A stretch of 64,000 bases of DNA from Octopus vulgaris (lineage: Eukaryota), in NCBI GenBank assembly GCA_951406725.2, contig OX597816.1, forward strand, positions 159,154,001-159,218,000. The letters run 5' to 3'. Each line of letters opens with the position of its first letter. The first letter of the stretch is position 1. This document shows positions 24,556 to 35,907 of this stretch, piece after piece. Position numbers and translations under genes: made by a program. The notes beneath the pieces are model-generated. The model was not told the DNA's origin. It searched no databases and was given only the letters and a program-made list of their open reading frames with translations.

Positions 24556-25399
24556 TATATATAATCTATGATATTCTAGTGGGTTTCAAGTTTATAACAC
24601 CTTGATATTTCATGTTATCTCATTTTATATGCCTAAGACGTTTATTTTCTATTCTGGTTTTTATATATTTCTATACATTATATTTGTATCTATAATTTAT
24701 TTTAAGCCGAAACATAATACGATCCTTGTACAAACGAAAGAACAAGAATGTCCTCTGGAACTTTTATCTTCCACCGGTGTTTGTAATCGATGGTGACATG
24801 TACGATGATTTTGCGACTGTCTTATATTTTACAGAGAAATTGGAAGCCCCGAATGTAAGCCACCACTTTATGCATAATACAATATTTATAGTTCTCTATT
24901 TCTAACTCAAACTCTGTCCTCAATAATTATAGATCTCTATGTCTAAATGTAATTCTTTTTCGTCTCGTTTAGTTTATAACTATAACACGCGTTCTTGGTT
25001 GTCTCTTGACAAAGCTTTTTTTCTCCAGCGTTCACCACTTTACCTCGTTTGGGTTAAACAGCCCTTACCGAATGTTTTCACTGTCCTGTTTTTGTTAGCA
25101 GCTTTGACGTTCCACGTATCTCAAATTTTATTTAATTTGCTTTCGGGGAGCAATTGCTTTGACGAAGACGCATCTTGTTGCACTGCTCGCAATGCGGAGT
25201 AGGTAAATCTGCCAACAATTAAGGAAGGGTTGTTCTTTTATGCTGCCTTCGCGCTATAGTTCTCAATATATAATGGAACCCAACCCAACCCTATACAGTC
25301 GCCTCTACGTCGTCCACAGCGAGCTCTGGTCGCCGTAGCGTCGACTGTGGGTCGGTAGCTGTGTACAGTCGACCCACAGCCCATGGAGAACTAGCCCGT

Positions 25400-26066
25400 A
25401 GATATAGAAAATCTCTGAAGGAGACCGTCAGATCATAACTATGTAGGACGTACCCCTTTGAGAATACCATATGCACCAATGATAACTGCATGGTATGTAG
25501 GGTTAGCCCTGGCATTAACTGTAGAACTAGAAATGTAGTTTACAGCATAAGATGCATAGAAGGTGCTTGTAAAGACATGAACATGACGTACATAAGGGAG
25601 ACATCTAGGAGCATTGCGAAACGACTAAATGAACATCTGAGACAATATGACGACAATAAACAGTCCTCCATACTCTACCAACATGCCAAAGACCACCATG
25701 GAGGCAACTTGGGTCAACTTGGCATCCACATCTTATCCAAGCACCCAAAAGACCCAACACTCAGACAAATACCTATTTCTTTATTACCCACAAGGGGCTA
25801 AACATAGAGGGGACAAACAAGGACAGGCATAGGTATTAAGTCGATTACATCGATCCCAGTGCGTAACTGGTACTTAATTTATCGACCCCGAAAGGATGAA
25901 AGGCAAAGTCGACCTCGGCAGAATTTGAACTCGCAACGTAACGGCAGACGAAATACCAGTAAGCATTTCGCCCGGCGTGCTAACGTCTCTGCCAGCTCAC
26001 AGACAAATACCGGAGTGCGTCCTTATAAATGAAACTTCCCCAGTACTAAATAGGAAATATACATAG
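25400..26066 (+). mobile_element. Penelope-like element GIY-YIG endonuclease remnant, split by a SINE
   Basis: CMVC..NCRTRNVVYSIRC..C..TYIRETSRSIAKRLNEH..YQH..H; frame resumes after the SINE as RQIPECVLINETSPVLN. Confidence 0.8.
25774..25999 (-). mobile_element. SINE family A, near full length, 12-bp TSD
   Basis: TSD CAGACAAATACC at 25762-25773 and 26000-26011. Confidence 0.93.
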
Positions 26067-26684
26067 TAGATATCATACCTCCATACCCACAGTTTATACA
26101 GGCAGAGTAGAATAGTTAGTGGGCTGTTATGTAGATAGATGTACGTACGTGTGTGGGGGGAGGGTGTATGCACATGTATGTAAGCATGTGGATATGAAAA
26201 TAGACAGATCAACATACAAATGGATAGGTACATAGGTTATATGAACAGACAAGCACACATACGCAAATGGAGACTGAAACACATGACCATATATATACAC
26301 ACACACTTTACTCCACACAAGGACACATATGGAGACACGGGACTCACATACAGAGATGCACATCCATACATACAAACATGGTACATTGTTGCAAAACACA
26401 CACACACACACACACACAGACATGCACACACAAGGAGACAGGTGCATACATATACAAACACACGCTCACACACACATACATACATATATACATATGCATA
26501 CACACACATGTGTACATACACACACATACATACATACATACATATATACATACATACACGCATACATACATGCATGCATGCACAGGCACACACACACACT
26601 GACCTACACACATGCGCACAAACAAACAAAAAGGAACGCAGTGTAAATAACGGTCAGAGTCAAGACTATTGAAAAGGTTGCAAG

Positions 26685-26877
26685 ATGCAACGAAAATTTT
26701 AGGAAAATAAAAATAAGAAATAAGTGGAATTTTACCGGTGAGTATGTTAAATAATAAGGCACAGAACTGTTGTGTCTGGGGAGAGTCATTTTCTTTTTGT
26801 GCCTTATAATTTAACATACTCACCAGTAAAATTTCCACTTATTTCTTATTTTTATTTTCCTAAAATTTTCGTTGCAT
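26685..26877. repeat. ~79-bp inverted repeat with 34-nt spacer
   Basis: Arms 26685-26763 and 26798-26877, about 3 differences. Confidence 0.92.
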
Positions 26878-26888
26878 ATATATATATA

Positions 26889-26963
<75 letters not shown>

Positions 26964-27584
26964 CAGGGTGATAAAAATTTTAGAAATTTTTACTACTAGT
27001 GGCCTAGCGTGTAGAAAAATTACTATAGATGAAGTGTTACTCAACAAACGTGCAATTTTGAACGACTTTGTTAATTAAAAAAGATAATGTTATACCCACT
27101 TCCATATTATTTTCAGTACAATCCTCGTACTTGCAACAATTGTACAGACAATTGCTGTACTAACCAACAATAGAGAGAAATAGAAACATCACCAATTAAA
27201 GTAGAATCAGGCTCCTATGTGTACTACTACTTTTCATCTTCCAGAACGCATGCGAGCCACGGACTCTCAGCAGAGATACAGACATTGGAGATGAGATTCT
27301 AACATAACATCTTAGGGATCTCGTACTTGGAGTACATTAAAAATGAACGGGTTCTCGAAGCTATCCAGTATCACGGCTTTTGATCATAAGGCTTTTCAGT
27401 CAGGACGACCGTGGGCTAAACGATAGAAACAACAAAATGTTGTAAGCTAAAGAAATACATCCCCTTGACATTGCTTCTAGTGCAGGGTACGAACTGCCAA
27501 CGTCTCTGCCGTCTGTCTGCTGTGCTATCTCCTCGGTTATCTATTCTCTGGCTGTCTGTTGTCTATCTGTCTCTCTATTTGTTT

Positions 27585-27729
<145 letters not shown>

Positions 27730-28515
27730 CTTGTGTTCTCTAAGTTTCGGATTTATTCCCCTCACCCTCATTTCTTTACATCAATGATCTACTTGCTGTC
27801 ACCTCCAACAGATGTTACTGCTTTTGCTCCTGCTTAGCCTTCTGCATTCAGGGACAATCCACATGCAAACTAGACACCTTACACCAAATCCGTACTGAGC
27901 CCCATGAACAGGGACCGGAAAAATAAAACAAAACATTGTCCATTGAAAAAGGGAAGAGAAGAGAGAGTAGGATATGAGAATTTCCTTGAAACTTCTACAA
28001 ATAGCAATGAAATACGTTGGTTGATAGATGATGAATAGTTTCTAATTCTTGGCATTAAATTATTCAATCAAAATACTGATTGATAATATTTGTGGTGATA
28101 TTATTAAAGAATAAACATGTGAATCATTTTTTTATTAATTCAAGACTCTGGTTAATCATAATTAAGAAATATTTTTCACAACAGAACAAATAATTGAATT
28201 TTAATCTTCTTTAATTTTAATTGCAATCACATCTCGGATACTTAAAACGAATGTAAACTGGCACAAATACGGGAGCCGTACTTTATTTCATCGACCCAGA
28301 AGGGTAAACAGCAAAGATGACTTCGGTGAGATTTGAATTCAGAAAGTAAAAGCCGACTAAAAGTCGAGAAAAATATCAATCGATTGTAGGCAGTCTTCCT
28401 CCCTTTGGCAATCATGTACGCAAAATAACATTTGTACTTCTAGATGCAAACCTTAATATCACAGAAAATTTGTTAACTTTGTTATTATATTTGTAAAGAG
28501 CCGTTATTAATAAAG

Positions 28516-28817
28516 TGGAGGCGCAATAGCCCAGTGGTTAGGGGCTGCGGACTCGCGGGCATCGGATCGTGGTTTCGATTCCCAGACCGGGCGTATTGAA
28601 AACACCTGAAGCTCCACGAGACTCTGGCAGCGGGTGGTGGCGAATCCTGATGTATTCTTTCACCGCAACTTGCTCTCATTCTTTCTTCCTGTTTCTGTTG
28701 TACCTATATTTCAAAGGCGGACCAGCCTTGTCACGCTGAATCTCCCCGAGAACTACGTTAAGGGTACACAAGCAGACTGTATCGAATCTTCTTCGTCGTA
28801 ACCGACGGGGTGCCACG
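28516..28817 (+). mobile_element. tRNA-derived SINE family C, 10-bp TSD
   Basis: A box TAGCCCAGTGG, B box GTTTCGATTCC; tail GTCGTAACCGACGGGGTGCC; TSD ATTAATAAAG (28506, 28818); relatives at 310-478, 32941-33262 and 38425-38720. Confidence 0.88.
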
Positions 28818-29294
28818 ATTAATAAAGCTCGATTGTTGTTGTTTGCTTATATTTCACTTGATGTTTAAGTCCCTAACAAAAAAAACCAAGAATTTTAAAG
28901 AAATATACATTCATGGAAAAGAGAGAAAAAATAGATGTCAAACATAGACAAACAATAACAGACGAATGTGTTTATAATCCGTATTAATTATTATTATTCC
29001 CAAATATAAATACATTCTTTTTCATAATACACGGTTTCAAATCTAAATTCTTTTTGCTAACCAATAAAGATAGAGGGGAAATAACTCTAACTGCATACGT
29101 ATGTCTGTTTTTTTAACCGGAAAATATTAATTTGCTGCAGTATGACATTAATGTAATATTGCTGCTTTTTTGTTTCAAAAGAACTAACAAAGAGTATTTA
29201 ATAAATTTACCTTAATAAATATTAATATATATCTATATGTTTTTAGTTTTACTAAATACATTTTTATTTTCTTAAATTATTCACTGCTAATCAA

Positions 29295-29303
29295 CTTCCT
29301 TTT
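29295..29303 (+). promoter_or_regulatory. TCT/5'TOP-like polypyrimidine initiator of RSL24D1
   Basis: CTTCCTTTT ~40 nt upstream of the ATG; such pyrimidine initiators are typical of translation-machinery genes. Confidence 0.5.
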
Positions 29304-29339
29304 ATATGTTACTTGCGTCGAAGTCCGTCGTTTGTCACC

Positions 29340-29420
29340 ATGAGGGTCGAAAAATGTTATTTTTGTTCCTGTAATCTTTATCCTGGCCGTGGAACGATGT
29401 TCGTACGAAATGATTGCAAG
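29340..29420 (+). CDS. RSL24D1: RSL24D1 coding exon 1
   Basis: ACCATG start; [27 protein letters not shown]; donor AAG|GTTAGT. Confidence 0.96.
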
Positions 29421-32400
29421 GTTAGTGTTGATAAGAAATAATTTATTTTATTCAAAAGCCCATTATAAACATGTTCTTACAGCATTGTTACGCACGTGTT
29501 GGGTGTGATGTTTCCATATTCCCAGTTATATGATTTGGTGAGCTTTCGTAATTATTTTAATTAAATATTTTGTTGTAATTAATGTTAGAAAAATACTTCA
29601 GTTAACAAGACATGTTATTATATGAAATTCTACAAGGTTTTAGATGATGTGAGCAAAACATTTGGAAGATTTACTAAGCATTTGTTTAATTAACCAACGT
29701 CTTAATATGTCGCAATAAACCAATGGCCTACAATAATAATACGATCTGTTGACATAGCAAGGTGTTGGCATTGTTATACTGGTCTTATGTATACCATAGG
29801 TGTCATTTGTTTTAAATAATATAATTACAAATTTACTTGCTCTTTATAAATTGTTAATAATTAAATTTACACGTACTTGAATTTCTTAAAATCCCCGGGG
29901 GTGGGGATTGAATTAGCTATAGTAATGGCCTGTCCCCATCACCACTGATTTTTGTTTTCCACGTAACTTTTTTAAATTATTGTTTTTCAATAAAATTTTG
30001 CAGAGATGTGTTGTTGATGGTGTAGATTACGTCGAGAAAAGTTGTAATTTTTTTTATCCTGTGGATGATTTGTGGTTAGAAGGAATGACTGGACATTCTT
30101 GGATGTCACAGCAAGTAGATAATATACGGGAAAAGGGAATGTCGTAGAAATATAAACATTGACCTGTAAAGTTACCACTTAACATAAGCGACAGATGGAA
30201 CCCATAAATGAGATGTTTCAAAAGGCAATTCTCATGCTAAATATCACTAAAAAAAGCTTTGTTGATGTGTTGGGCAACAACATTTCTGTCATTGATGAGA
30301 GCCCACCAGTGGGAGACGTAAGAAAGCAGGCCTTCACTGAATCTGGCTCTAGGGAAAGAATCTGGTTTTAAATCTTGGGAAAATTTTTATTGGTAACTCA
30401 GGTTCTTGAGCGAAACATGTATTAAATGATACACTGTATGAAGACATGAAAAAAATATCACAGAGTGGTTGGCGTTAGGAAGGGCATCCAGCTGTAGAAA
30501 CACTGCCAGATCAGACTGGAGCCTGGTGCAGCCTCCTGGCTTCCCAGACCCCGGTCAAACTGTCCAACCCATTCTAGCACGGAAAACAGACGTTAAACGA
30601 TGATTATGATATTAGTTGATATGTAAGTACAGAAAATATGTAAACAAATTCGCATAATCTCTTATTAGATAATAAAGTATCTGGATGATATTTTCTCAGA
30701 GTCAATAGAAAAGGTACTTTTATTCATTTGACTGCGGCCATGCTGGAGCACTGCCTTAGTCGAACAAATCGACGCCAGGACTTATTCTTTGTAAGCCTAG
30801 TACTTATTTTATTTGTCCCTTTTACTGAATCGCCAAGTTACGAGGATTTAAATGCACCAACATCAGTTGTCAAACAATGGTGTAGACACAAGCAAATGTA
30901 TATATATGGCAGGCTTCTTTCAGTTTCCACCTACCAAATCCAGTGACAAGGCTTTGGTCAGCCCGAGGCTGTATTAGAAGACACTTGCCCAGGTACCACA
31001 CAGTGGAACAGAACCCGGAACCAAGTGGTTGGGAAGAAAGCTTCTTACTACACAGCCATGTTGCGCCTATGTACTGACTTAACATTGGTTTCAAATTTTA
31101 ACACAAGGCCAGCAATTTTGAGAGAAGTGGAAGTTGATTACATCAACCTCCCAACTCCAAAACGATGATAGGCAAAGTCAGACATAAAGACAGATGAAAC
31201 GTCCCTAGGCATTTTGCCTGGTGTGTTAATGGTTCTGCCAGCTTGCCACTTTATGTACTGGTCCTCATCCAAAATCTTTGGCTTTATGCTGATGTTAGAA
31301 ATCAATTTTTTGTGAGCACAAAATATAGTTTATAGGTTTTTATGATCAGTTCATTATCATCTTTGTATTGTTACTTTATAGGTTTTCCGCTTTTGCCGCT
31401 CCAAATGCCACAAAGCTTTCAAGAAGAAGAGAAATCCCAGAAAAGTACGTTGGACCAAAGCATTCCGCAAAGCCGCCGGTAAAGAGTTGGCTGTTGATCC
31501 AGTATTTGAATTTGAAAAGCGACGGAATGCTCCAGTTAAATACAGTCGAGAATTGTGGACACAAACAAGTAATTGATTATCTTTTATCTTGATTTATTTC
31601 TGTCATTGGACTGTGGCCATGCTAGGGCATCATCTTGAAGAGTTTAGATGAACAAATCAACTTCAGTATTTATTTTTTCTTGAGGATGGTACACTTTCTA
31701 TTGATCTTTTTTACCAAATTACTATGTTATGGGGATGTAAACAAACCAACACCTGTGTTGGTAGGGGACACAGATATATATAGGTAGATAGATACAACAG
31801 GCTTCTACACAGTTACTATCTACCGAATTCATTTATAAGGCAATGGTCAACCCAGAGCTAGAGTTGAAGACACCATAGATGTTGTACAATGGAACTGCAC
31901 CTGAAACCTCATGGTTGAGAAGTGAACTTCAGGCATGCAGTCAAGCATATGTAGGGATATTTTAAAAATAAATATCACTAGAAATGGCTAGTTAATGATG
32001 TTTTGAATCAACAGAGGCTACATAGAAAATATTTATTTCTTTATTGCCCTTAGAGGGGACAAACAAGGACAGACTAAGGAATTAAGTCAATTACATCGAC
32101 CCCAGTGCATAACTGGTACTTATTTTATCGACCCCGAAAGGATGAAAGGCAAAGTCAACCTTGGCTGAATATAACGGCAGATGAAATACTGCTAAGTATT
32201 TCGCCTGGCCTGCTAACATTCTGCCAGCTCACCACCCTAGGAAATATTAACAAGTCATGTATTTGGTAGTGAGAGGATTAGGTAAAATAGTTTGACAGCC
32301 AGCTGAGAATCAGTACTGTGTTACATCTATGACTATAACAGTTAATAATTCAAATGGTTCAGGTCACTCAGCTGTAAATACTGCAGGGAGGAACAACTTC

Positions 32401-35400
32401 CTAGACCAACAAGCACCAACACAGTTGATGTGATGAGTAATTAGGTTTCCTGTACTTAGTTTGAAAAAAAAAATCACTAGCCCTGGTAGATCAGAATCCT
32501 ATCCTAGTGAGAATTTTTCTCTCATCATCATATGGATCATTACGATTTGGAAAAGGACGGTATTTTTTATCTCCCATCACATTGTGTCTACTACTATAAG
32601 GCCTGAAACCAATAAACCAGGTCTTGTAATTAGTTGATGGGTAAGAGTTTTAGCTAAGACAGTCCCAGATTGTCAGATAGGGAGAATCCTTGTAAAGGGT
32701 TACCTTCGAGAAGTTGTTTTGGATTTCATTCAGATATATAATCACATTTCTAGTGAGACAACTCCAATAGTAGTTCTTAAATACGAATAAATCACACTAC
32801 AATTCTTGATCTAGAGAAGGTCTTTGAGTAGATTTGTTAATCCACAATGCCCTTTAGGTGCAGGAGCTATTAAGCTGTAACCAAAACTAAAAATTTCATG
32901 TATTTTCATCTGTTCACTATGTCTCATCCTCTTTCCCAGTGAAGGCACATGGCTTGTTGGTTAAGGTATTTAGCTCACTATCATAAGATCATGAGTTTGA
33001 TTTCCTGCAATGCACTGTGTCCTAGAGCAAGATAATTTATTTCACGTTACCCCTGTTAACTCAGCTGGTAGGAATGAGTAGCACCTGTATTTCAAAGGGC
33101 CAGCTTTGTCACATTTTGTTTCATGCTGAATCTTCCTGATATCTATGTTAAGGGTGTGCATGTCTGTGGAGTGCTCAGCCACTTGTACATTGATTTCACA
33201 AGCAGGCTGTTGTGTTGTTCGGATCAACTGGAACATTTTGTCCTTGTAACTGACGGAGTGTCAATCCTCACTCCCTTTTATTCATAATTTTTCAGGCAAT
33301 AGCACAAGTTTTCTTAGCTGGATGCCTCTCAGAATAATGAGTTGGCTCTTTCTTTGTAAGATCTGTAGAGTGATTTTGAATCCCAAAAGAATGGTCTGTC
33401 CAAAAGCCAAACAACTGGTTAGTAAAAAATGGCTTCCATGTTGATGGCATGTAAAAAGCACTATTTGAGCGTGATCATTACCAGCGTCGCCTTACTGGCA
33501 CTTGTGCTGGTAGCATGTGAAAAAGCATTCGAACAAGGTCATTCCCAGTGCCGCTGGACTGGCTCCTGTGCAGGTGGCACGTAAAAAACACCATTTGAGC
33601 ATGGCCGTTGCCAGTACCGCCTGACTAGCCCTCGTGCCGGTAGCACGTAAAAGCACCCACTATACTCTAGGAGTGGTTGGCGTTAGGAAGGGCATCCAGC
33701 TGTAGAAACTCTGCCAGATCAGATTGGAGCCTGGTGCAGCCATCTGGTTCGCCAGACCTCAGTCAAATCGTCCAACCCATGCTAGCATGGAAAGCGGACG
33801 TTAAATGATGATGATGATGATGTAGAAAACCCCAATGCCATCTGGGATTGTCTACATTCCAAGTTCTCTCTTATTCCTCTCTTCGATATCCAACAATCTA
33901 ACAAAGTCATTTCCCATTTATTTCTTATCTAAGAGAAAAGTAAGATCTTAAATACTCTGAATTCAGTATAAACAAAGAGCCATCATCCACTTTTCCATGT
34001 TTGCATGGATCAGACAGAATTCATTGATTTTTTTTTTGGTCACTTGACCTTGCTGAAAGCAACCTCACCTGTGTCCAAGCAAATTAATATTTCTTGATGG
34101 CCAAACAAGTTTTCATGGAAGATTGGAAATGAATGACACTGTTTGCATGATGGTGATAACTCTTTTACAATTATTGCAAAATATCATGAAAGCACTAATA
34201 CATGCATACTATCATCATTTAACATCTGTTTTCCATGCTGGCATGGATTAGGTTTTACAAGAGCTGGCAAGCCAGAGGGATGCAGCAAATTCCAGTCGCC
34301 TGTTTTGGCATGGTTTCTATGGCTAGATACCCTTCCTAATGTCAACCACTTTACAGTGTGTACTGGATGCTTCTCACCGTTTCCATTTCTCAAGACTTTG
34401 GCTGATCCTAGACTATAGTAGAAGACACTTGCCCAAGGTGCTATGCAGTGGGACTCAACTCAAAACCACAACTTAGATTGAACTTAACCTTGCAGCCATG
34501 CTTGTACCTACAGTATACCAGAGAATCATTTGAGCTGTCTGATAGACTGAGAAACAATGCTTCTGATAAAAATCTATGAGCTACTGTAGTTACAACATCG
34601 GATGATGTCTTTGAGTTACTCTTTGGTTGGACACCATTATCTTCTCTATCATTTCCTTTATTTATATTTGATCTTTTTTCTTATTACCCATAGTAACTGC
34701 CATGAAGAAAATTACAGAAATTCGACAAAGACGACATGATCAATTTATTCTAAACAGGTAACTGATTCACTTCATAATTATTTGTCTTTTGCATGACTAA
34801 ACATACCCCAGAGTTATTTATCATGGACTATATTTAACAATCATAACTTTAATAAGAATCTGTCCTCCAAATTTATAACTGTTTTATTAATCACATCAAA
34901 ATTACTTCAGTATATTTTATTGTTTTCAATGTTATCTTTTATAGATTACAGAAAGGCAAAGAGTTGCGGAAAGAAGCTGCTATCCGTGAGGTTAAGCAGT
35001 ATATCCACCTTGTCAAATCTCCTTGTGCAAGTAAGTGATGCATTTTATTATTTTCATTACTCAATATATCAGATTATGGGCTCCACTGATGTCAGGTTTT
35101 TTTTAATGTTGGCTGTAAAACAATGGTTTGAGAATTTGTTGGGTTCCCATGTTATGTTCTTAAAGAACTTCTGGCTATTATGTAGAACATGAAGAATGAA
35201 TGGGAGGAGGAGAGCCTGCCAAATGTTGACCCAGTAGAGGGACCAGCTATCTGAATAGACAGCACCCTGGTAGATAAAACAAGAGTATAATAAAGCCAGG
35301 AAAAGCCCCCAACACATCAGGAATCACTGCTGAGATGCTTAAAACATCTGGTGGTGTGGGCTATGGCCTAGTCATCCATATTGTAAACCAGGTAGTTCAT

Positions 35401-35874
35401 GATGGAGTCATACCCAATGACTGGAATAGCAGCACCATAGTCACATGCTACAAGAGTAAAGGTGCAGGCTTCTGCCTGGGTGGGTCTTGTCAAACCATGC
35501 CAACATGGTAGATGGACGTTAAACGATGATGATAGCGTTGGCTTTAAACTCCTGTGGTGGCTTTCTAACAGTTGCTTTGTTTCATGTTGATTTTTATATT
35601 GGACATATGTGACTATGGTGTGCTAACACTTTCGTCATTAGCTTAGAGAGATTCTGCTTTTAGAAGGTGGGGAAGAAGGCCTGTATTGGGTTATATAGTT
35701 ATATAGATGTGAAAGAAGTGCATTACCGACACCCCAATGTTTTCAAAAGAAATTTATTTACTAAAATCAATTCTAATGAATGAAATTGTTTTCTTTTCAG
35801 ACAAAGCGAGCAAAATGGAAAGAGAATTACTGGAAGAAGTCAAAGACAAAGAGGCACCAATGCAGGCAGAGTAA
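29340..35874 (+). CDS. RSL24D1: Probable ribosome biogenesis protein RLP24 (RPL24-like), 5 coding exons, 163 aa
   Basis: Manual splicing join(29340..29420,31382..31568,34694..34757,34945..35030,35801..35874) = 492 nt; all introns GT..AG with compatible phases (0,1,2,1). Translation [163 protein letters not shown] matches the RLP24 family (MRxEKCYFCS, [28 protein letters not shown]). Confidence 0.97.
30462..30610 (+). mobile_element. RTE-type 3' tail fragment (RSL24D1 intron 1)
   Basis: GAGTGGTTGGCGTTAGGAAGGGCATCCAGCTGTAG..GACGTTAAACGATGAT; same as 33670-33822. Confidence 0.8.
30720..31068 (-). mobile_element. SINE family B (RSL24D1 intron 1)
   Basis: Reverse complement of the 57447-57845 type. 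Confidence 0.85.
31382..31568 (+). CDS. RSL24D1: RSL24D1 coding exon 2
   Basis: Acceptor TTTATAG|; [30 protein letters not shown]...ELWTQT; donor A|GTAATT. Confidence 0.97.
31595..31945 (-). mobile_element. Old SINE family B copy (RSL24D1 intron 2)
   Basis: Diverged match (GACTGTGGCCATGCTAGGGCA.., GAAGACAC..). Confidence 0.7.
32034..32237 (-). mobile_element. SINE family A (RSL24D1 intron 2)
   Basis: ATCGACCCCGAAAGGATGAAAGGCAAAGTCAAC core; CTGCCAGCTC head on reverse strand. Confidence 0.88.
32941..33262 (+). mobile_element. SINE family C (RSL24D1 intron 2)
   Basis: tRNA-like head plus body GTATTTCAAAGGGCCAGC..GTGGAGTGCTCAGCCACTTG..GTAACTGACGGAGTG. Confidence 0.8.
33436..33822 (+). mobile_element. 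RTE-type 3' region with three ~60-nt tandem units and (GAT)n tail
   Basis: Repeated GGCA(T/C)GTAAAAA(G)CAC..CCAG.G.CGC..ACTGGC..GTGC units, then the tail shared with 30462-30610. Confidence 0.8.
34694..34757 (+). CDS. RSL24D1: RSL24D1 coding exon 3
   Basis: Pyrimidine tract + CATAG|; [22 protein letters not shown]; donor AG|GTAACT. Confidence 0.94.
34945..35030 (+). CDS. RSL24D1: RSL24D1 coding exon 4
   Basis: Acceptor TTTTATAG|; [28 protein letters not shown]; donor A|GTAAGT. Confidence 0.94.
35185..35535 (+). mobile_element. RTE LINE fragment (RT N-terminal piece joined to 3' tail) in RSL24D1 intron 4
   Basis: [37 protein letters not shown], then ..GGACGTTAAACGATGATGAT. Confidence 0.8.
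35801..35874 (+). CDS. RSL24D1: RSL24D1 coding exon 5 (to stop)
   Basis: Acceptor TTCTTTTCAG|; phase matches; [27 protein letters not shown] gives 163 aa total. Confidence 0.9.
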
Positions 35875-35901
35875 ACAATTATGTATTATTGTTTCCTTCA
35901 A

Positions 35902-35907
35902 AATAAA
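35902..35907 (+). terminator. Candidate polyadenylation signal of RSL24D1 (AATAAA; alternative ATTAAA at 36030-36035)
   Basis: AATAAA 27 nt after the stop, followed by T/GT-rich sequence. Confidence 0.55.

Noticed and set aside
28517-28595. Possible tRNA gene (A and B boxes)
   Set aside because: Continues into a SINE body and is TSD-flanked; acceptor stem not formed. The same applies to 60720-60797.
30293-30340. C/D-box snoRNA candidate in RSL24D1 intron 1 (TGATGA..CTGA)
   Set aside because: Boxes are only ~40 nt apart with no terminal stem. A second C box near 32429 has no nearby D box.
31368-31592. Track ORFs overlapping RSL24D1 exon 2 (also 34920-35192 and 35780-36034)
   Set aside because: Wrong frames; the real exons are read in other frames defined by the splice sites.
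33436-33660. Repeat-spacer-like array
   Set aside because: Degenerate tandem units of a retroelement 3' region in eukaryotic DNA; no unique spacers or cas genes, so not CRISPR.
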